Notes: generated by a model from the letters alone, not told the origin. DNA of 63,927 nucleotides, filler included, from Choristocarpus tenellus KU-1152 (GCA_964200185.2; 13 parts of 13 records of this genome joined end to end with filler, not necessarily neighbours in it), one strand, 5' to 3'. Shown: positions 13,288 through 26,841, numbered from the whole stretch's first letter. Translations and numbers: made by a program.

Positions 13288-13894
13288 AAATGTCTTGAGA
13301 AACCTGCAGGTTTCCTTTGTCTCTCTTTCTAGATTCTGAAATTATGGGTTCTAATCGATCGCATCATTCCTTTGCAGGTTTTAGTTGAATTTTGAACCCT
13401 CTATTATTGCTTCCTTACTGCGATGTTCCAGGGACTGCCCTTGAACTGACATGTGAGTTGTTGGTGGGATCATTTACTGTTGATTTGTGAAACATTGAGA
13501 TCACACCGTTTCACTGGGGTAGAGAGTTGCTCAACTACTGGGGTGGCCCATGGATTATACTGGGAAGGTTCCCAGCCTCTGATTCTGTTAAACTTTGAGA
13601 TACCACTGTTGCATGGGATTTCTCTATCCACTGCTATCCCTTCTCACTATTTTCCAAAGCGTAAATATTAGTGAATTCTGTGCAAAGTACCCATTTCCTT
13701 TGTTGGGAATTAAATGTAACATAACTTTGCAGCCCTGACAAAGAACCAAGATTTTTTGAAGATGTTCTAATTTTATGGATATGTTGTGCAGATACTAAAA
13801 GGTTGCCCACCAAAATCTCAAGCAAAATGAGACAGCCTACACCCCTCTATGATTCCACCCCCAAAGCCCTTGTAAAAATCAATTTCAGAATGAC

Positions 13895-14247
13895 ACTTCA
13901 CCGCATCCACCGGGACATTTGTGGGGAGCTTGCCCGCCTTCTCAGTCTTTTCCTTCCTCGCATGGGGAATTTTGAAGACGTTGCCACCCTTGCACCCCAG
14001 CACTTAACGGTCAGCTGCCAATAGGCTCTGCCGGATGTGTTCTAGTGTCTCCCTGGGGTACATGTTGAAAGCCTTCATTTTGGCCTCCACCAGCTCCTCC
14101 ATGTTGGTTACCTCCACGTCTTCCTGCAGTTGCTGGATGGAATGAAAGAATCCCAGGTCGTTGATGTTGAGTTCAGGTGAGTTAGCTGACTGGGTCTCGA
14201 TGGCAATGTGCTTCCCCGCTGCCATTTCAATTGCATACATGATCCCC
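13895..14247 (-). mobile_element. Decayed mariner-like (DD39D type) transposase C-terminus
   Basis: QSANSPELNINDLGFFHSIQQLQ and GGNVFKIPHARKEK match the QPPNSPDLNVLDLGFF and GGNxYKIPH motifs of this clade. Cut by the linker. Confidence 0.85.
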
Positions 14248-14493
14248 NNNNNNNNNNNNNNNNNNNNNNNNNNNNNNNNNNNNNNNNNNNNTTAATTAAT
14301 TAANNNNNNNNNNNNNNNNNNNNNNNNNNNNNNNNNNNNNNNNNNNNAAGATAGGTCACCTTCAGGGTATACCTTCTACATGATGTTCAAGATAGGTTAC
14401 CTTCAGGGTGTACCTTCTGTGGAATATGGCTCTCACAATGTCAAACAAATATAAATAAACATGAATCATCTGAGTATCCCATCAATGCCCATC

Positions 14494-14600
14494 TGACCCA
14501 AAATTGACTGGGTGAAAGTATCGATATGTTTTTTTTTGTAATATCATAATCATTACAAAAAAAAACATATCGATACTTTCACCCAGTCAATTTTGGGTCA
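14494..14600. repeat. Perfect 49-bp-arm inverted repeat (9-nt loop) containing GGGTGAAAGTATC termini
   Basis: 14494-14542 is the exact reverse complement of 14552-14600. The adjoining 14585-14650 is also homologous (reverse complement) to about 8355-8420. Confidence 0.9.
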
Positions 14601-15662
14601 AGCCCATCCTCAGTGAAAAGCTCCATCCTCAATTTTTGAAATCTGCTGTTTAAATTGTTGTGTCTTCGACAGGAAGGGATGGAACGCCGAAGTTGTTTAT
14701 AGAAGAGCTATGTCAAACAAATATAAATATATACACGTGAATCATCTGGGTATCCCATAAATGAAATGTTCATTTGCCCAATTTGGAGGAGGTCCAAAGT
14801 TTGTTCTTGGTGGAAAAGGGAAATATAAAAGAATATGTTTGAAACATTAATCATCTGAGTATCCGATAAATGTTCTTATGGCCAATTTGACTTGAGTCAC
14901 TTGGAAGGTTGCCCTTAACAGACTTGGAACCCAAAAATTATGTCTATGATGCAAAGCATATTACTGAACCATTAATAACCCAGGACATGAAGATAACATC
15001 CCAGTGAAGATGGGTGCTTGGGTCATTCAGTGATAAAGCTAAATGGTCTAGCTAGTGCAAATGTGAGCGGGGGCGACTGTTGTCCCTTATTCTTGATTGT
15101 GGGTTGGGCTAGGCCACAACAGATGTCTCAAGAGGATCTGCACTGAGGCAGAGGTTTTTTAAGGAAATGGATCAGTGGATACTTTTTAATGGGTGCATAA
15201 TGGCCTTGAATTGTTAAAAAATAAGATGTACATTAGATACGACTCGTAACTCTAAAACACCATGACACCTCACTTGACTTGAGGACAGTACCATGGAAAA
15301 AAAGGACAGAATGAGGAAAAGGAAAGCAATCATAACAATCGTAAAAAGAAAAAAACATCACTCCTGTGACCACAAGGGATAATCTGATCACGATTCCCTT
15401 TCTTACCGTTCCTGTCCTTTACCCTTAGAGGTACATCTTTGTCAGTGCACTTCATGTACCTAATACTCTACCAACATCACAAGTGTTAAAAGCCCCACAG
15501 CCACACCCTTTGACTCAGGGGTACAGGGAACACACCCCGTGCGTTTAAGCACTACCTCTCGACATTTATCCCTCTTGAAGTACACTTCAACTGCCCCTTG
15601 AGCACAACATGAGAGAATCTGACTTCCATCTAGGAAGGATGGTCAGGGCTGCAGTTGCATCA

Positions 15663-17690
15663 TCAGTGGTCAGTGAGAACAAGGCGGGATCCATTTCCAG
15701 GGATGATCAGTTGGTCTTCTAGTGGGTCAGAGGCGGAGGAGAAGGGTCGCATCATATGCATAGCTCGTAGCCGGCTCATTGCATCATCAATGTTGATATA
15801 GCAACCCTGCAAGAGGCGGGATCCCTCTCCAGAGAATGCCTGCTTTGGCAAGACAAGAGAGGGTGCATGGCAGCGAGAGGGTTGTTGAACATAGGATCTT
15901 GGAGTGCATCGAAGAAGAGCAACATTGAGAAGAGAATTGTGGGGAAAGAAAACAAATGCAGAGGGAATAAAATATTGTGAGAGTAAAAAATTCAGTCCAC
16001 AGTTGTGCATACACGATGCAGTAGAGTAGTTCAATCTTTTTTCCAGCAGTCAAGCAATAGAGCACGAGGATTTGTCAAAGAGTCGTAACACACAAACACT
16101 ATTTGCTTGTCAGAAAAAATAATCTGAATGATGCAAGGCATACATTAATTATAGTACAAGTGTTGCGTGTAAAGTAGCAAACAAATATATCATGCTCCTT
16201 ACCCATTCTGATAAGTGCCAGCCGAAGAAGCTTCGCTGGAATAGCTTGTAAAAAAGACGACATAGATCAATCGACACTGAATATGAATCAAACCAACTGA
16301 GAGGTAGGCTGGGTTTCATTGTAAGGATATAGAAAAGGGCAAAAATATGTCATACTGTACAATCACAGATTGAGCCTTTGCTGAATTATGTTTGGGGAAT
16401 ACCAATCTTGCATACACTAATGTACACATGAAGGAATGAAATAGAGTGTATCCGCACAAAATGAGAAAGATGGCTTAGAATACAAAGGGTTCAAACCTGC
16501 CAATGTCGCAATTGGTTTGGCCCATATGGTTGTTTTCCAGAAAGTCACAGGAAAAAGTCACAAAAGAACTATGTTGAGTCCACACGGAAAGCAGACCACC
16601 ATCGCAACACCCTCAACCAAATCTTCCCCTTCTTCCAACCCGTTATCGCATCTATCACACCAAACCCCTTCCCTATCAACTGCAAACATGCAATCTGACC
16701 ACCCAAGTTATGGCAAAACAAGCAAGGTGCTTACAATAATAGATACTTGTTTTGGAGTAGGTAAAATGTGATCTAAAACCTATGGGAAGCCAAGCCCCAA
16801 ACGGACAAAAAGGGGAAAACTCATACCCCCTAAGATACTTCCACTCCATCAAAGGCTCAAAAATACAAACATAACACCTATAGGTCCAAAGGTTTCTTAC
16901 TGCCTCTCACCCCACTCCATCCACTGACCGAAGCCTGTATTGACATGAAACATACCTCCCGACCATGCAGCAAACGGCGATTATTGAAGACCAGACATTG
17001 CCCTGGCTTGAGTCTCATTCTGAGCGTGTGTTCTCGGGCAAAGGTACCTTCCTCCAACAAGGCTTGGAAAGCAGTATAAGCCTCGTAGTAAGGTCCCACA
17101 TCCTGCGGGGAGCAGATGAGGGTGCCCTCGAACTGTGGCGCCCATGTTACAGTCAAAATATCACCCTCCTGAGATACCTGCATTGTTGCAGTGGTGTGTG
17201 TGTGTTGTGATGGCAAGGAAAGAGACTTAACAGAGATAGAAGTTTGAGAATTGGATTACAGGACTTCAGTTTGCATTGAGGTAGGGGATGCAGGGAACTT
17301 GATTGGTTAGGAGGGGGAAATAAGGTGTGGTGTGTGCTGCATTAACTGTGGTCAATTTTGGTTGCTTGCCTTCGTACACCTTCTAGTCACTTTATAATGT
17401 AATAGTTTGCCAGATGGGGAAGCAAGGGTGTAGGAGGAGAAGATCTGAGATTCGAGGTATGAAAGAGAGGCCTAGTTGCATCACAACACCATGATAAACA
17501 AAAACACTACTCCCAAGTGGTTCGGAGTATGTGCTATTCAATACAGAATACATACCATGTATTCCAAAGATCAAACACGGAACTTGGTTCGACTAAATGA
17601 TTCTGATTCATGACTCAGATTTAGTAACAAACCTGGAAATGTGGGCGTTGATACACCATGTTTTCTGCGCTTGAATCAGCACGGTTCGTG
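15663..17690 (-). CDS. TauD/TfdA-family Fe(II)/2-oxoglutarate dioxygenase, gamma-butyrobetaine hydroxylase-like, 3' part (exons 17690-17633, 17177-16956, 15839-15663)
   Basis: RLKPGQCLVFNNRRLLHGRE|AFSGEGSRLLQGCYINIDDAMSRLR is the typical BBOX/TMLH C-terminal motif; GT-AG, in phase. Confidence 0.85.
16746..16846. mobile_element. MITE family A, right half (intronic)
   Basis: GGAGTAGGTAAAATG...GGGAAGCCAAGCCCCAAACGGAC...CCTAAGATACTTCCACTC. Confidence 0.8.
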
Positions 17691-18198
17691 CTGCAAGGAA
17701 GATCAATGAGGAAAAACAAGGTGAGTAAGAGGGGGTTAGCAAAGGAAGATGGAGGAATCGCAAGCAGACCAGAGTGATGGGGAGATAAAGATGTAACGAA
17801 CAAGGGTTTGATCCACTGTGTAGAGTGATTTTCCAAACTAAATTTATGTTATTGTTGGGAATTGATGAGAGTTCAGGGTCCAAGCATACAGTACTGAAAT
17901 TCGTTCCAAATAACAGGAAGAAACAGTTGCTCCTTTTGTTATACATCCCTTGCAAAGGACAAACGTAAAACTTACTTACAATGCACTCAGACCACACCAC
18001 ACGCATAAAATTTACAATCAACCACAAGCAAAGAAAAAATCAATGTTTGATGGATTACATGTACTTCCAACTACTGGGGGTCAAAGTATCTTGGGGGGNN
18101 NNNNNNNNNNNNNNNNNNNNNNNNNNNNNNNNNNNNNNNNNNTTAATTAATTAANNNNNNNNNNNNNNNNNNNNNNNNNNNNNNNNNNNNNNNNNNNN

Positions 18199-18450
18199 TA
18201 CTCCTTGACACAGGTGCAGGTCTCATCTATTTTTGTGAAAATTGCTTACCACAGCTCATCATGGCAGGCAAAGGTACCTTAAATGCAGCAAACCTCAGAG
18301 GGTGCAATATTCTACCTGTGCTGGTACTGAGGTCATGCAAACTTCTAATAGCGTTTTCCCCAGAGGAAAAGTACGCAATATGGCTTTTAGGATAATGGTG
18401 GGGCTGCCTTACGAAATTATTTTAGGTACAACATTTTGTAGACAACACTA
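18199..18450 (+). mobile_element. Decayed Ty3/gypsy-type retropepsin (LTR retrotransposon relic)
   Basis: LLDTGAG active-site motif and downstream FRIMVGLPYEIILGTTF (ILG motif); frameshifted and stopped. Confidence 0.7.
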
Positions 18451-19539
18451 GAGTGAACTTCCATTTAGAGAAGGTCAATGTGTTCCCAATCATCACCACT
18501 GCCACCATGGGTACCTTTCGTCAACATTTCAATACCCAGATCAAGCAGTAACAATGTACCCTTGTCAGATCTTAACAAATGGTATTGTAGTACAAAGGAA
18601 AGTTCTAAGATGGATAGTTGTTAGACTAGGTAACTAAACAGAAGAAATGAACAGCTTTAACTTACTACAGTTGGATGTTTATCATGCCTTCTAGGACCTT
18701 CACAACCCTAACACAAGACCATGTCCAACTAATGCTCCGACCCAAGAACAACTCTTGCCTCGATAGGATGTGTTACGTCTCTTCCCTATTGGTACTAGTG
18801 TCAAACATTGTGGAAGGATGGAAGTTGAAGAGACATGTAGGACAGGGTCCAGTTTTTGAGTTCAATTCACCCCACTGGAGGGTATGGTTAAAGGATGGAG
18901 GTAAGGAGGAATTCAGCAGGAGAGAGATGAGTTCCTCCTCCAGAAAACCTTCCAGCAGGTAACAACTGTATGCCTGAGGGACAAGGTGAGGTTCAGCTGG
19001 TACATGCTAGAACAAGAGATTAAAGCTTTGAAAATCATAAGTAACTGAAAGGAATGTGAGACAGCAGAAGTTAAAATGAAGCTGCCCACATTAGAGCACA
19101 CAGTATTATACATTGTATAGGTTGAAGTTCTCGAAAAATATATACACTGAACTCACTACTTTATTTATTTAATTTTTTTTTTGTAACAACTCTCTGTGAT
19201 CTTGAATCCTTATGTCTTTCTAATGTTATTTATTTTTAGTTCTCATCCCATCACCCCCTGATTTTGAATTTCATTTTCTTTTCATAGTTGTTACCCTCCT
19301 AATTTACTGAGTTTTTCTTTTCTTTTTTTCTTCCCTTTTACTTTTTGTACTTTTATTTATTTTATTTACTATTCAGTTTCCACTTTGTTACCCTCATCAT
19401 CCACACATTTTTTTATTATTTATTTTCTATTTATTGCTCATTTTATCTTTATCTCTTCTCTTTATTTATTATTAGTACTGTTTGTTGCTCTCATTGACCC
19501 TTCTTTCTTTATTTTATATTATTTTATGTATTTTTCTTT

Positions 19540-21619
19540 CATTGCCTGTTTTGCACACTAGCAGCCTTGAGTATGCTTTATGCATGGGGGGCATAGGACA
19601 GGCAATAATCAGATGATGTGTAGGTCATGAATGATATAATTCTAATCCTTGATAGCACTTACATTTATATAACGGGGAAGATAGGAAAGGAAGACGCACA
19701 AATTGTATGACCAATCAGAGCTATATACTTTGTAAATTTTGAAGTTATGTTTCAGAAAGAAAAAATGTATACTCAGACTAGGCCAGGGGCAATCTGACTC
19801 TAATGGTATTCTGTGACCCTTTGGAATGTTTTCCCTCGTTAAACAAGGACGTTTGCTGATCTGTTTTGAGGCTAGTTGGAGTTATATATACTTTTAAAAA
19901 TAAAAGTATATACTCTTATCTGGTCAGAAATATATTGATCTTGACTGTGCCTTACGACTTTTGAGGATCCGTTCTCAAAGGAACCGAGGGAATTGTTGAT
20001 CATTGTTGGAATCCATGGGTCAATTTGGAACTGGAGTACCTATGTTGGAGAAAACTGGCAGAGTCTGAACTGAAGCCCCTATGTTACGAAATGGCAATTA
20101 TGCATGCTGCCGCAGCATGATCTAAGGTGATGAATTTATTTTTTTCCAGATAATGATTATTGCCCGTAGAAAGCATGGAACAGGTGATCCCTGCATGGAA
20201 CATAGGATAGCAGAAGTCAGAACTATGAAGTAACCCGTATCAGACCAGGCAGTAACTGTCATAGGATGCTTTTATTTTATTTTATTTTATTTCCTCTTTT
20301 TTTCTTTTTTTTTTTTTCATTTTTCTTCTTTATTTTCATTTTTATTTCATTTTTTATTTCTCCCTTTCTTTCAGACCAGGTACCCCCTTGTGCCCTTAAT
20401 ATGCTCTACCTTCAATTCTTTCTTTTCTGTCCCTTGTATCCTCTATTTTATTTTGTTTATTATTTATTTGGGGCGCTGATGTTGATGTTATTGCCTGTTT
20501 TACGCACTAGCAGTCGTCAGAATGCTTCGTGCTGGGGGGCATGAGGCAGGCCATAATCAGATGATACTCTGCACTTTAAGGAAGCTGTACTTTAGAAAGA
20601 ACAAAGGTATACACATATTAGGCTAGATGCAGACAGATTCCCTCAAGTAAGATAGGGACACATGTTTAGGCCTAGTAGGAGTTGGGCATATTTTCGGCAA
20701 TAAACAGATGATACTTGGCACTCTAGGAAAGCTGTACCTTAGAGAGAATGAATATATCCTCAGAATTAGGCTAGACGCAGACAGATTTCCCCAAGTAGGA
20801 TAAGGATACTTTTTTAGGCCTAGTAGAAGTTTGGCATATTTTTTTGCTCTTCCTTCTCCCTGCTACAGGATGATTTGAGGCGATTAATGACGTCTATTGT
20901 CTTCACCAGTAACAATCACTGTAGTAAACGTTGTTATATAGGATACATTCTTCTTTTCTTTTTTTTTGTATTCTCTTATTTTCTCCATTTTGTTATCCTA
21001 AAGTCCAAGCCCAAAAGAACAGACATATTTAGATTAGGCAGATACAATCGGAATAAGAGTGCATCCTATGACCTTGTGGATGGACCCTCTTCAAAAGAAT
21101 CGTGGAAATGGATCATTTATGATCAAGGTGATCGGAACTGGGGTCCCATTCATTTTTGGCCATGTCAGAGGTGAATACTTTGCAATTATTGAAGATGTTT
21201 TAGAAAGAGCAAGTACATACTCAGACTAGCCGAGATGCACATTATATTCTGTGCCTCTTAGGATAAATTATCCCAAGAAAAACATGGATATGTGTTGATC
21301 GATTCCGGAGCTAGTAGAAGTTATATATTTTTAACAAAAATATATACTCTGATTAGCTCAGACATTTTTTGATTTTGACTGTGTCTTAAGACTTTTGAGG
21401 AAATATTCACAAGAAGAAACTGGGAGATATTTCAAATCATTGGTTGGAACTATCTGGAATTTGGAACCGAGGTCCCTGGGTTGGAAACAGCAGACAAGTT
21501 GGAACTGGAGCCCCTCTTTTGTGTGATGGCAACTAACTCATGCTGCTACAGCGTGATCTGAGGTGACAGGTAATATCTATTGTCTTAACCGGTGACAATC
21601 GCCTGTGGTAAGCGTGAAA
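19540..21619 (+). repeat. Diverged internal direct duplications downstream of the protease relic
   Basis: About 19735-20190 resembles about 21185-21619; about 19540-19617 resembles about 20490-20568; about 20560-20694 is tandemly repeated at about 20707-20843. Confidence 0.75.
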
Positions 21620-24054
21620 NNNNNNNNNNNNNNNNNNNNNNNNNNNNNNNNNNNNNNNNNNNNTTAATTAATTAANNNNNNNNNNNNNNNNNNNNNNNNN
21701 NNNNNNNNNNNNNNNNNNNATGCACCACATTGGTTGCAATGTGGAGAGGCATATTTTCTTAAAGGGGGGGTCAAGCGCCCATTCGGGGCTTGAGTGGCCC
21801 TGTAGTTGCTTTCATAACATAAGAGTAAACGTTTCAGATTTAGAGCCAATTTCCTCCATCTGAACCCTTCTTCCTTTTCTCTACCCCTGCCTGGACCAAA
21901 TTCAAAGAAAACTCACCCACGTTACGAGCATCAAACTGGGGTATTGTAGAACAACCCGTTAAGCCCCGAATGAACGAACTATGTGAAATATTTCCCTCTC
22001 TAGGACACCATGCATAACCTTGGAGTATATTACATAAATCTGTAAGTAAAAAGCACCACCAATTATGTGTTTTTTACATGCATGTTGTATCGTGTTACAT
22101 TATTCTTCGTAATATGTTTCGCACATCAGATGTTCTCGGACATTAGACCCACCCATGGTCAGAGATTTTTTTTTTCCCCACATGTTGATGGGACGAGATG
22201 TCAGTTATCCACATTATATTTACTCATTTTTATGGAAACCCTTTTTTGAGTCTATTTTAAGACACACGCTCCACGGCATAGTATACTCAGTAGTCTTAAA
22301 TAGTTGTTAACCTTGGTGTAACTTTAGTGCGAATAGGTAACACTGGCAGAAAAAAAAAACAAGAAGAAATGAGTAAATCATAGGAAGAAGATCCAATGCA
22401 ATTTGGAGTAGGAAAAAGGGTTCTACCCAGGTGCACCAATCAGTTTCAGGAAGCATCGGCACCAGTACAGAAGGAGTCCAGTATCCCTCCATCCACTCAA
22501 ATACGAAGTGCATATAGTCTCAAAATATGGAAAGAGAAACAACGTTCTTAAGGCGACAACTCGGAGATGACAAACGCACACCACACCAGTGCCAAGAGAA
22601 GTGTGTGGGCTTCCCAATCTCCCATGGTTCGTGACATTGTTGACAAAGTTCTTCACTCCACTTCCGGCAAAGTTGTTGTACCATAAGCGAAGATTCATTT
22701 TCAGCTTCAAGTAGGTAAGTGGTGAAGCCGAATGCCAGCCTACGATTTGCTCTCTCAGCTTAGCTCAATGTAGCTTGGCATTGTCGTTAGATGCAAAAAA
22801 AATGTAGGTCAGCTCATACTTGCCACTGCATGTCCGTCGGGAGGGGTGGCCTGGACACCACTACCTGTCACAATGGAGCTTTTCCTGACTCGTTGATTGA
22901 GAGGTACCGCCCAAAATAATACAATACGTACAAGGGATTCGATTCTAAACTAGGATCAACTTGTTGGTAAGCGGAGTGTATCTATAAGAAATTATCGAAT
23001 GGGCAACTTTTTGAGGTAGTAGGGGACACCAGTGTTTACGGGGTTTTTTTCCTAGCGACCCGTTTCTAGGTTCGCTAGTATGTGTAGAACTGTAACCCAG
23101 GATTATTATACGAAGAAATATATTAATCCTTAATGTACGTTGTTGCCTGGATAATATCTTTTGGTCCACAACGAACTTTTTTTGAGGGGAATGTTGCTTC
23201 AAATACCCGAAGTCCACGTGGCAAGCACCACAGATTGTGTATCCTACTTGTCTCTTGATCGCAGTACGCAATGAACCCAAATGTAGGGGTGAGGCTTTAT
23301 TGGGGAGCACACCCAGGCGTGTCTGGCGCAAGACTCAAGGACAGCTCTCCGCCAGCTAGTAGCTATATGCTACTCCAGCAGCACGAGGAACACAATGGGG
23401 GGATGTATGTGCCTGGGTCAACCCAGGAGCCTGCACTGCAGGGGTCTAATCTGAAATCTAGGAGCTACAGTATGCTCCGGCAACACCAGGAGGAAGACAC
23501 AGGGGGAGGGCTGTGGCAGGCGGGGTTTGTGCTTGCCTGCATATACGTTCTGTTGTTACACTGATTGTCATTAGCTTTATTGTGCCAATTACGTAGTAGT
23601 ACTATTACTACATACTCCGTAGAATTGCAACAATAGTACACTTTAGTGCTGCTCATAGAGGGTAGCGACAAGCAGTATCTCCTCGATATCTACAACAACA
23701 AGACCAGTTTATGCGCTGCCATCATTAGCCATAGCTAGGAATTAAACCTCGCACTACTGATCAGTAGACCTGACAATGTGTCAGTGATTCGTTCTCCCAT
23801 GCTCTGTTTGAATTGTCGCATGGCGGAAATGTGCGATAGAAGTGTCCATGTTATTGTGCTCCCTTATGTTGCAGACCTCAGGTCTCCCCAATCATACAAC
23901 ACAAAATTGTTGCATACCACAATCTTTATCAACTCAATGATCCTCACTACCAAGTTGGTTCAAAGTGGTTACCACTGGTCACAGCAAGTACGTACAGTTG
24001 CTCGTACCTGAGTTTTTCACGAGGGCAATTTCTTTCTTTAATATTTCCAGATGA

Positions 24055-24237
24055 GACCCAAAGTATGTGGGGGGGGGAGGGGTCTACACCAGGATGTCCA
24101 TTTTGGCCAAAACCAGGAAACTTGCATTTACATTATCCATCCGACGTATGGAACCAGATTACCCAAAAATCGCGACAGAAAAAAATTGTCCCCAAATGGA
24201 CAGTCATCAGCCCCCCCCCCCCCAGATACTTTGAGCC
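24055..24237. mobile_element. MITE family B, full copy
   Basis: GACCCAAAGTATGTGGGG ... CCCCAGATACTTTGAGCC; flanks ATGA/ATAA. Confidence 0.9.
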
Positions 24238-24433
24238 ATAAACCGTAGCATCCTAGAGGGGGGGCGATTTAGATCCTTTTGAGTGTAAGGATTTGATTAA
24301 ATCTTTTACCTGACACCCTTATTCCCATGCTCAAAACATAGCTAGCACTAATGAGGAGGCTGTTGGTGTAGAAGAGGAGACAAATGCTCGTCTGCGCGAT
24401 TGTGAATTGCCCTTGAGGTTGCTTGGGGCATAT

Positions 24434-24613
24434 GACCCAAAGTATCTGAGGGCAGGGGGCGGTCTACACCGGAGTGTCCATTTGGGTCAAAACCAGGAAA
24501 AGTGCACTTACATTTTCCATTCGACGTATGCAACCAAATCACCCAAAAATCGTGACATGAAAAAATTGGCTACAAAATGGACAGCCGCCACCCCTCACCA
24601 GATACTTTGACCC
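24434..24613. mobile_element. MITE family B, full copy
   Basis: GACCCAAAGTATCTGAGGG ... CCAGATACTTTGACCC; flanks ATAT/ACAT. Confidence 0.9.
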
Positions 24614-26043
24614 ACATGTACCAGAAGGTAGTCATAGAAACCCCTCATATTCAATGGCATCCCACTCTAGGATACCATGGCTAAGATGATTTTGTGAAGT
24701 TAAATACGTGAGTGCAGAACACGACCACTTACTCATATCCGACTGGGGAGTACAAGTGGAGGAAGCGACATTAGACATGATGTTACCTCTTATGCACGCA
24801 GATCTCTACTGCTTAGGGAGCATCTCATGCAGGACAGATACTGGAAGTGTCTCTTTCCTGTAGAAAAAAAAACCGTTTCTTTCGCAACAAATCTTAGAGG
24901 GAGTATTGATAGTATCAACTGCTGCAGGTCTGCAGTTCAGATTGAAACATGAGCTGGTGTGTCTATTGCTGTTATATTTCTCCAAATAAACTGACACTTG
25001 TTATATTACGGGCATTGTGTATACATATTTGTACTTATCGACTATTTTTTTACTATTTAGTCAATATGAGGCCACACACTCAGAACGAGTAGTTGTTCAC
25101 TCCTATTTTTAAGCCCCAATGATAACCATTAAGTAATTAATCGAATTGTGAGAGATTGAGTATATTCGATAGTATTTACAATACGGAGCCTTCTATGAGC
25201 TTCATGATCCACATTCAGCTTTATGGTTTGGAGCTACATATCCCATCATGGTAAGCTTGCGGAGTGCTTTGTAAAAGTTACAGTAGAAACTACCTGCTTG
25301 AAGATCTTAACACTTAACTTTGTGGTGCACTAAAGGCTTCCAACTCTATTAAGCTTGTCCCACAAAGAACTCTTTCATCCTTCCAACTCAAGGATCTCAT
25401 TTCCTGTGTGGCCAATAGTATCCTAGAGTGGGGGGGTTAGACCAGATCGTCCTTTCGGGAGTGGGTGAGGTGTCGTAAAACATCCCAGTTTGATGCCAGT
25501 TTTTCGGGTAATCTTCCTTCGGATTTGGTCCAGGCAGAGGGATCGAAGAGGAAGGTGCGTCCAGATGAAGGAAGTCACGCTTACATCTGACATGTTCACT
25601 CAAGCAACATACAAATCACCGCAGGGTAACCCCAAACGGACGCCTGACCCCCCCCACTAGGATACTATGGGCCTGTGGTACAGGACCTAAAATTCTGTTG
25701 ATACAGGGTGTGACTATGGCAAGGGAGAGTGTGAGAATGATCATTACATCCTTTTTCCTCCAGGGTTCCCAGAGTCGCTGCTCCTGCTTCGATAAGGTTA
25801 GATTCCATACTGTGTTCAGCATGCTATCATTCAGTTATGCAGAGCATGTGTTGCATTTCCTCTTGTACTCTTACTTGTTGTCGAGGGAGACATGCTGGAT
25901 GCAAAACTCAACAAGTGTACTGCAAGTGTTTCAACACCCTAGAATATATAACGATAACACTTAAGACAATGTTGTTACCCTCCATGTATCCCTTTGAACA
26001 GTGTTCAGCATTGTTAATTTGGAATTATTTATGTTACAGCACA

Positions 26044-26316
26044 GGCTCAGAGTATCTGGGGGGTTGGCGGCTGTCCATTTGGGATCCATTTTTTCATGTC
26101 GCGATTTTTAGGTGATTTGGTTGCATACGTCAGATGGATACTGTAAATGCACTTTTCCTGATTTTGGTCCAATTGGACACCTTGGTGTAGACCCCCCCCC
26201 CCCCCCCGAATCCATGGGTGTGTGGTTCCTTTCCCTCCCTTTCCCTCCCCNNNNNNNNNNTGGTCCAATTGGACACCTTGGTGTAGACCCCCCCCCCCTC
26301 CCAGATACTTTGAGCC
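26044..26316. mobile_element. MITE family B copy (opposite orientation) with scaffold gap and duplicated end
   Basis: GGCTCAGAGTATCTGGGG ... CCCAGATACTTTGAGCC; TGGTCCAATTGGACACCTTGGTGTAGACCCC occurs on both sides of the 10-N gap. Confidence 0.8.
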
Positions 26317-26841
26317 AGTGTGATGTTAGTATTGTACCGTCCATCGTAAAACTTTGTTGGACGGTGGGAGTTCGCAGTATAATGTTGCAGTACGACATAC
26401 TTCAAAAGTTTTAAAGTGGTGATAAGTCGTGTAGTATAACACATGTTGTCTCCTATGATGATGTAGTGATATTACTGTTTGTGTGTCATGATGTATGCTG
26501 GATTGAAATATAACACAGTGTTTTGTATATCTTGGACCTGGGTGTATTAGGCATTAAATAGTGTTACGCGAATTTTCGTTTCTAGTGTTGTGGGCATCAC
26601 ATTGCGTTACACATTTGTCTCTAGTCACATGATGGTTGTAACATAAGTAGGTTTTGAGTGGTAAAATGTCCAACGTGTGAAACTATTCAAAATACATCAT
26701 CACATAGATTCTTATTTATGTCCAGTTCTAGATTTTGTCAAGGATGGAGGACACTACAGTAGTAGTAGTAGTAGTAGTATTGAACGCTTAAGTCAAGACT
26801 AATAGTTCTCCGTTTTAATGGTGAGGATGAATTCAGAGTGA

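Noticed and set aside
11648-14247. Fanzor/TnpB cargo in the mariner or Sola elements
   Set aside because: No RuvC or zinc-ribbon motifs were seen in the intervening or flanking sequence.
22560-22760. LWYNNFAGSGVKNFV as a piggyBac motif or RTE C-terminus
   Set aside because: Resemblance is too weak to assign.
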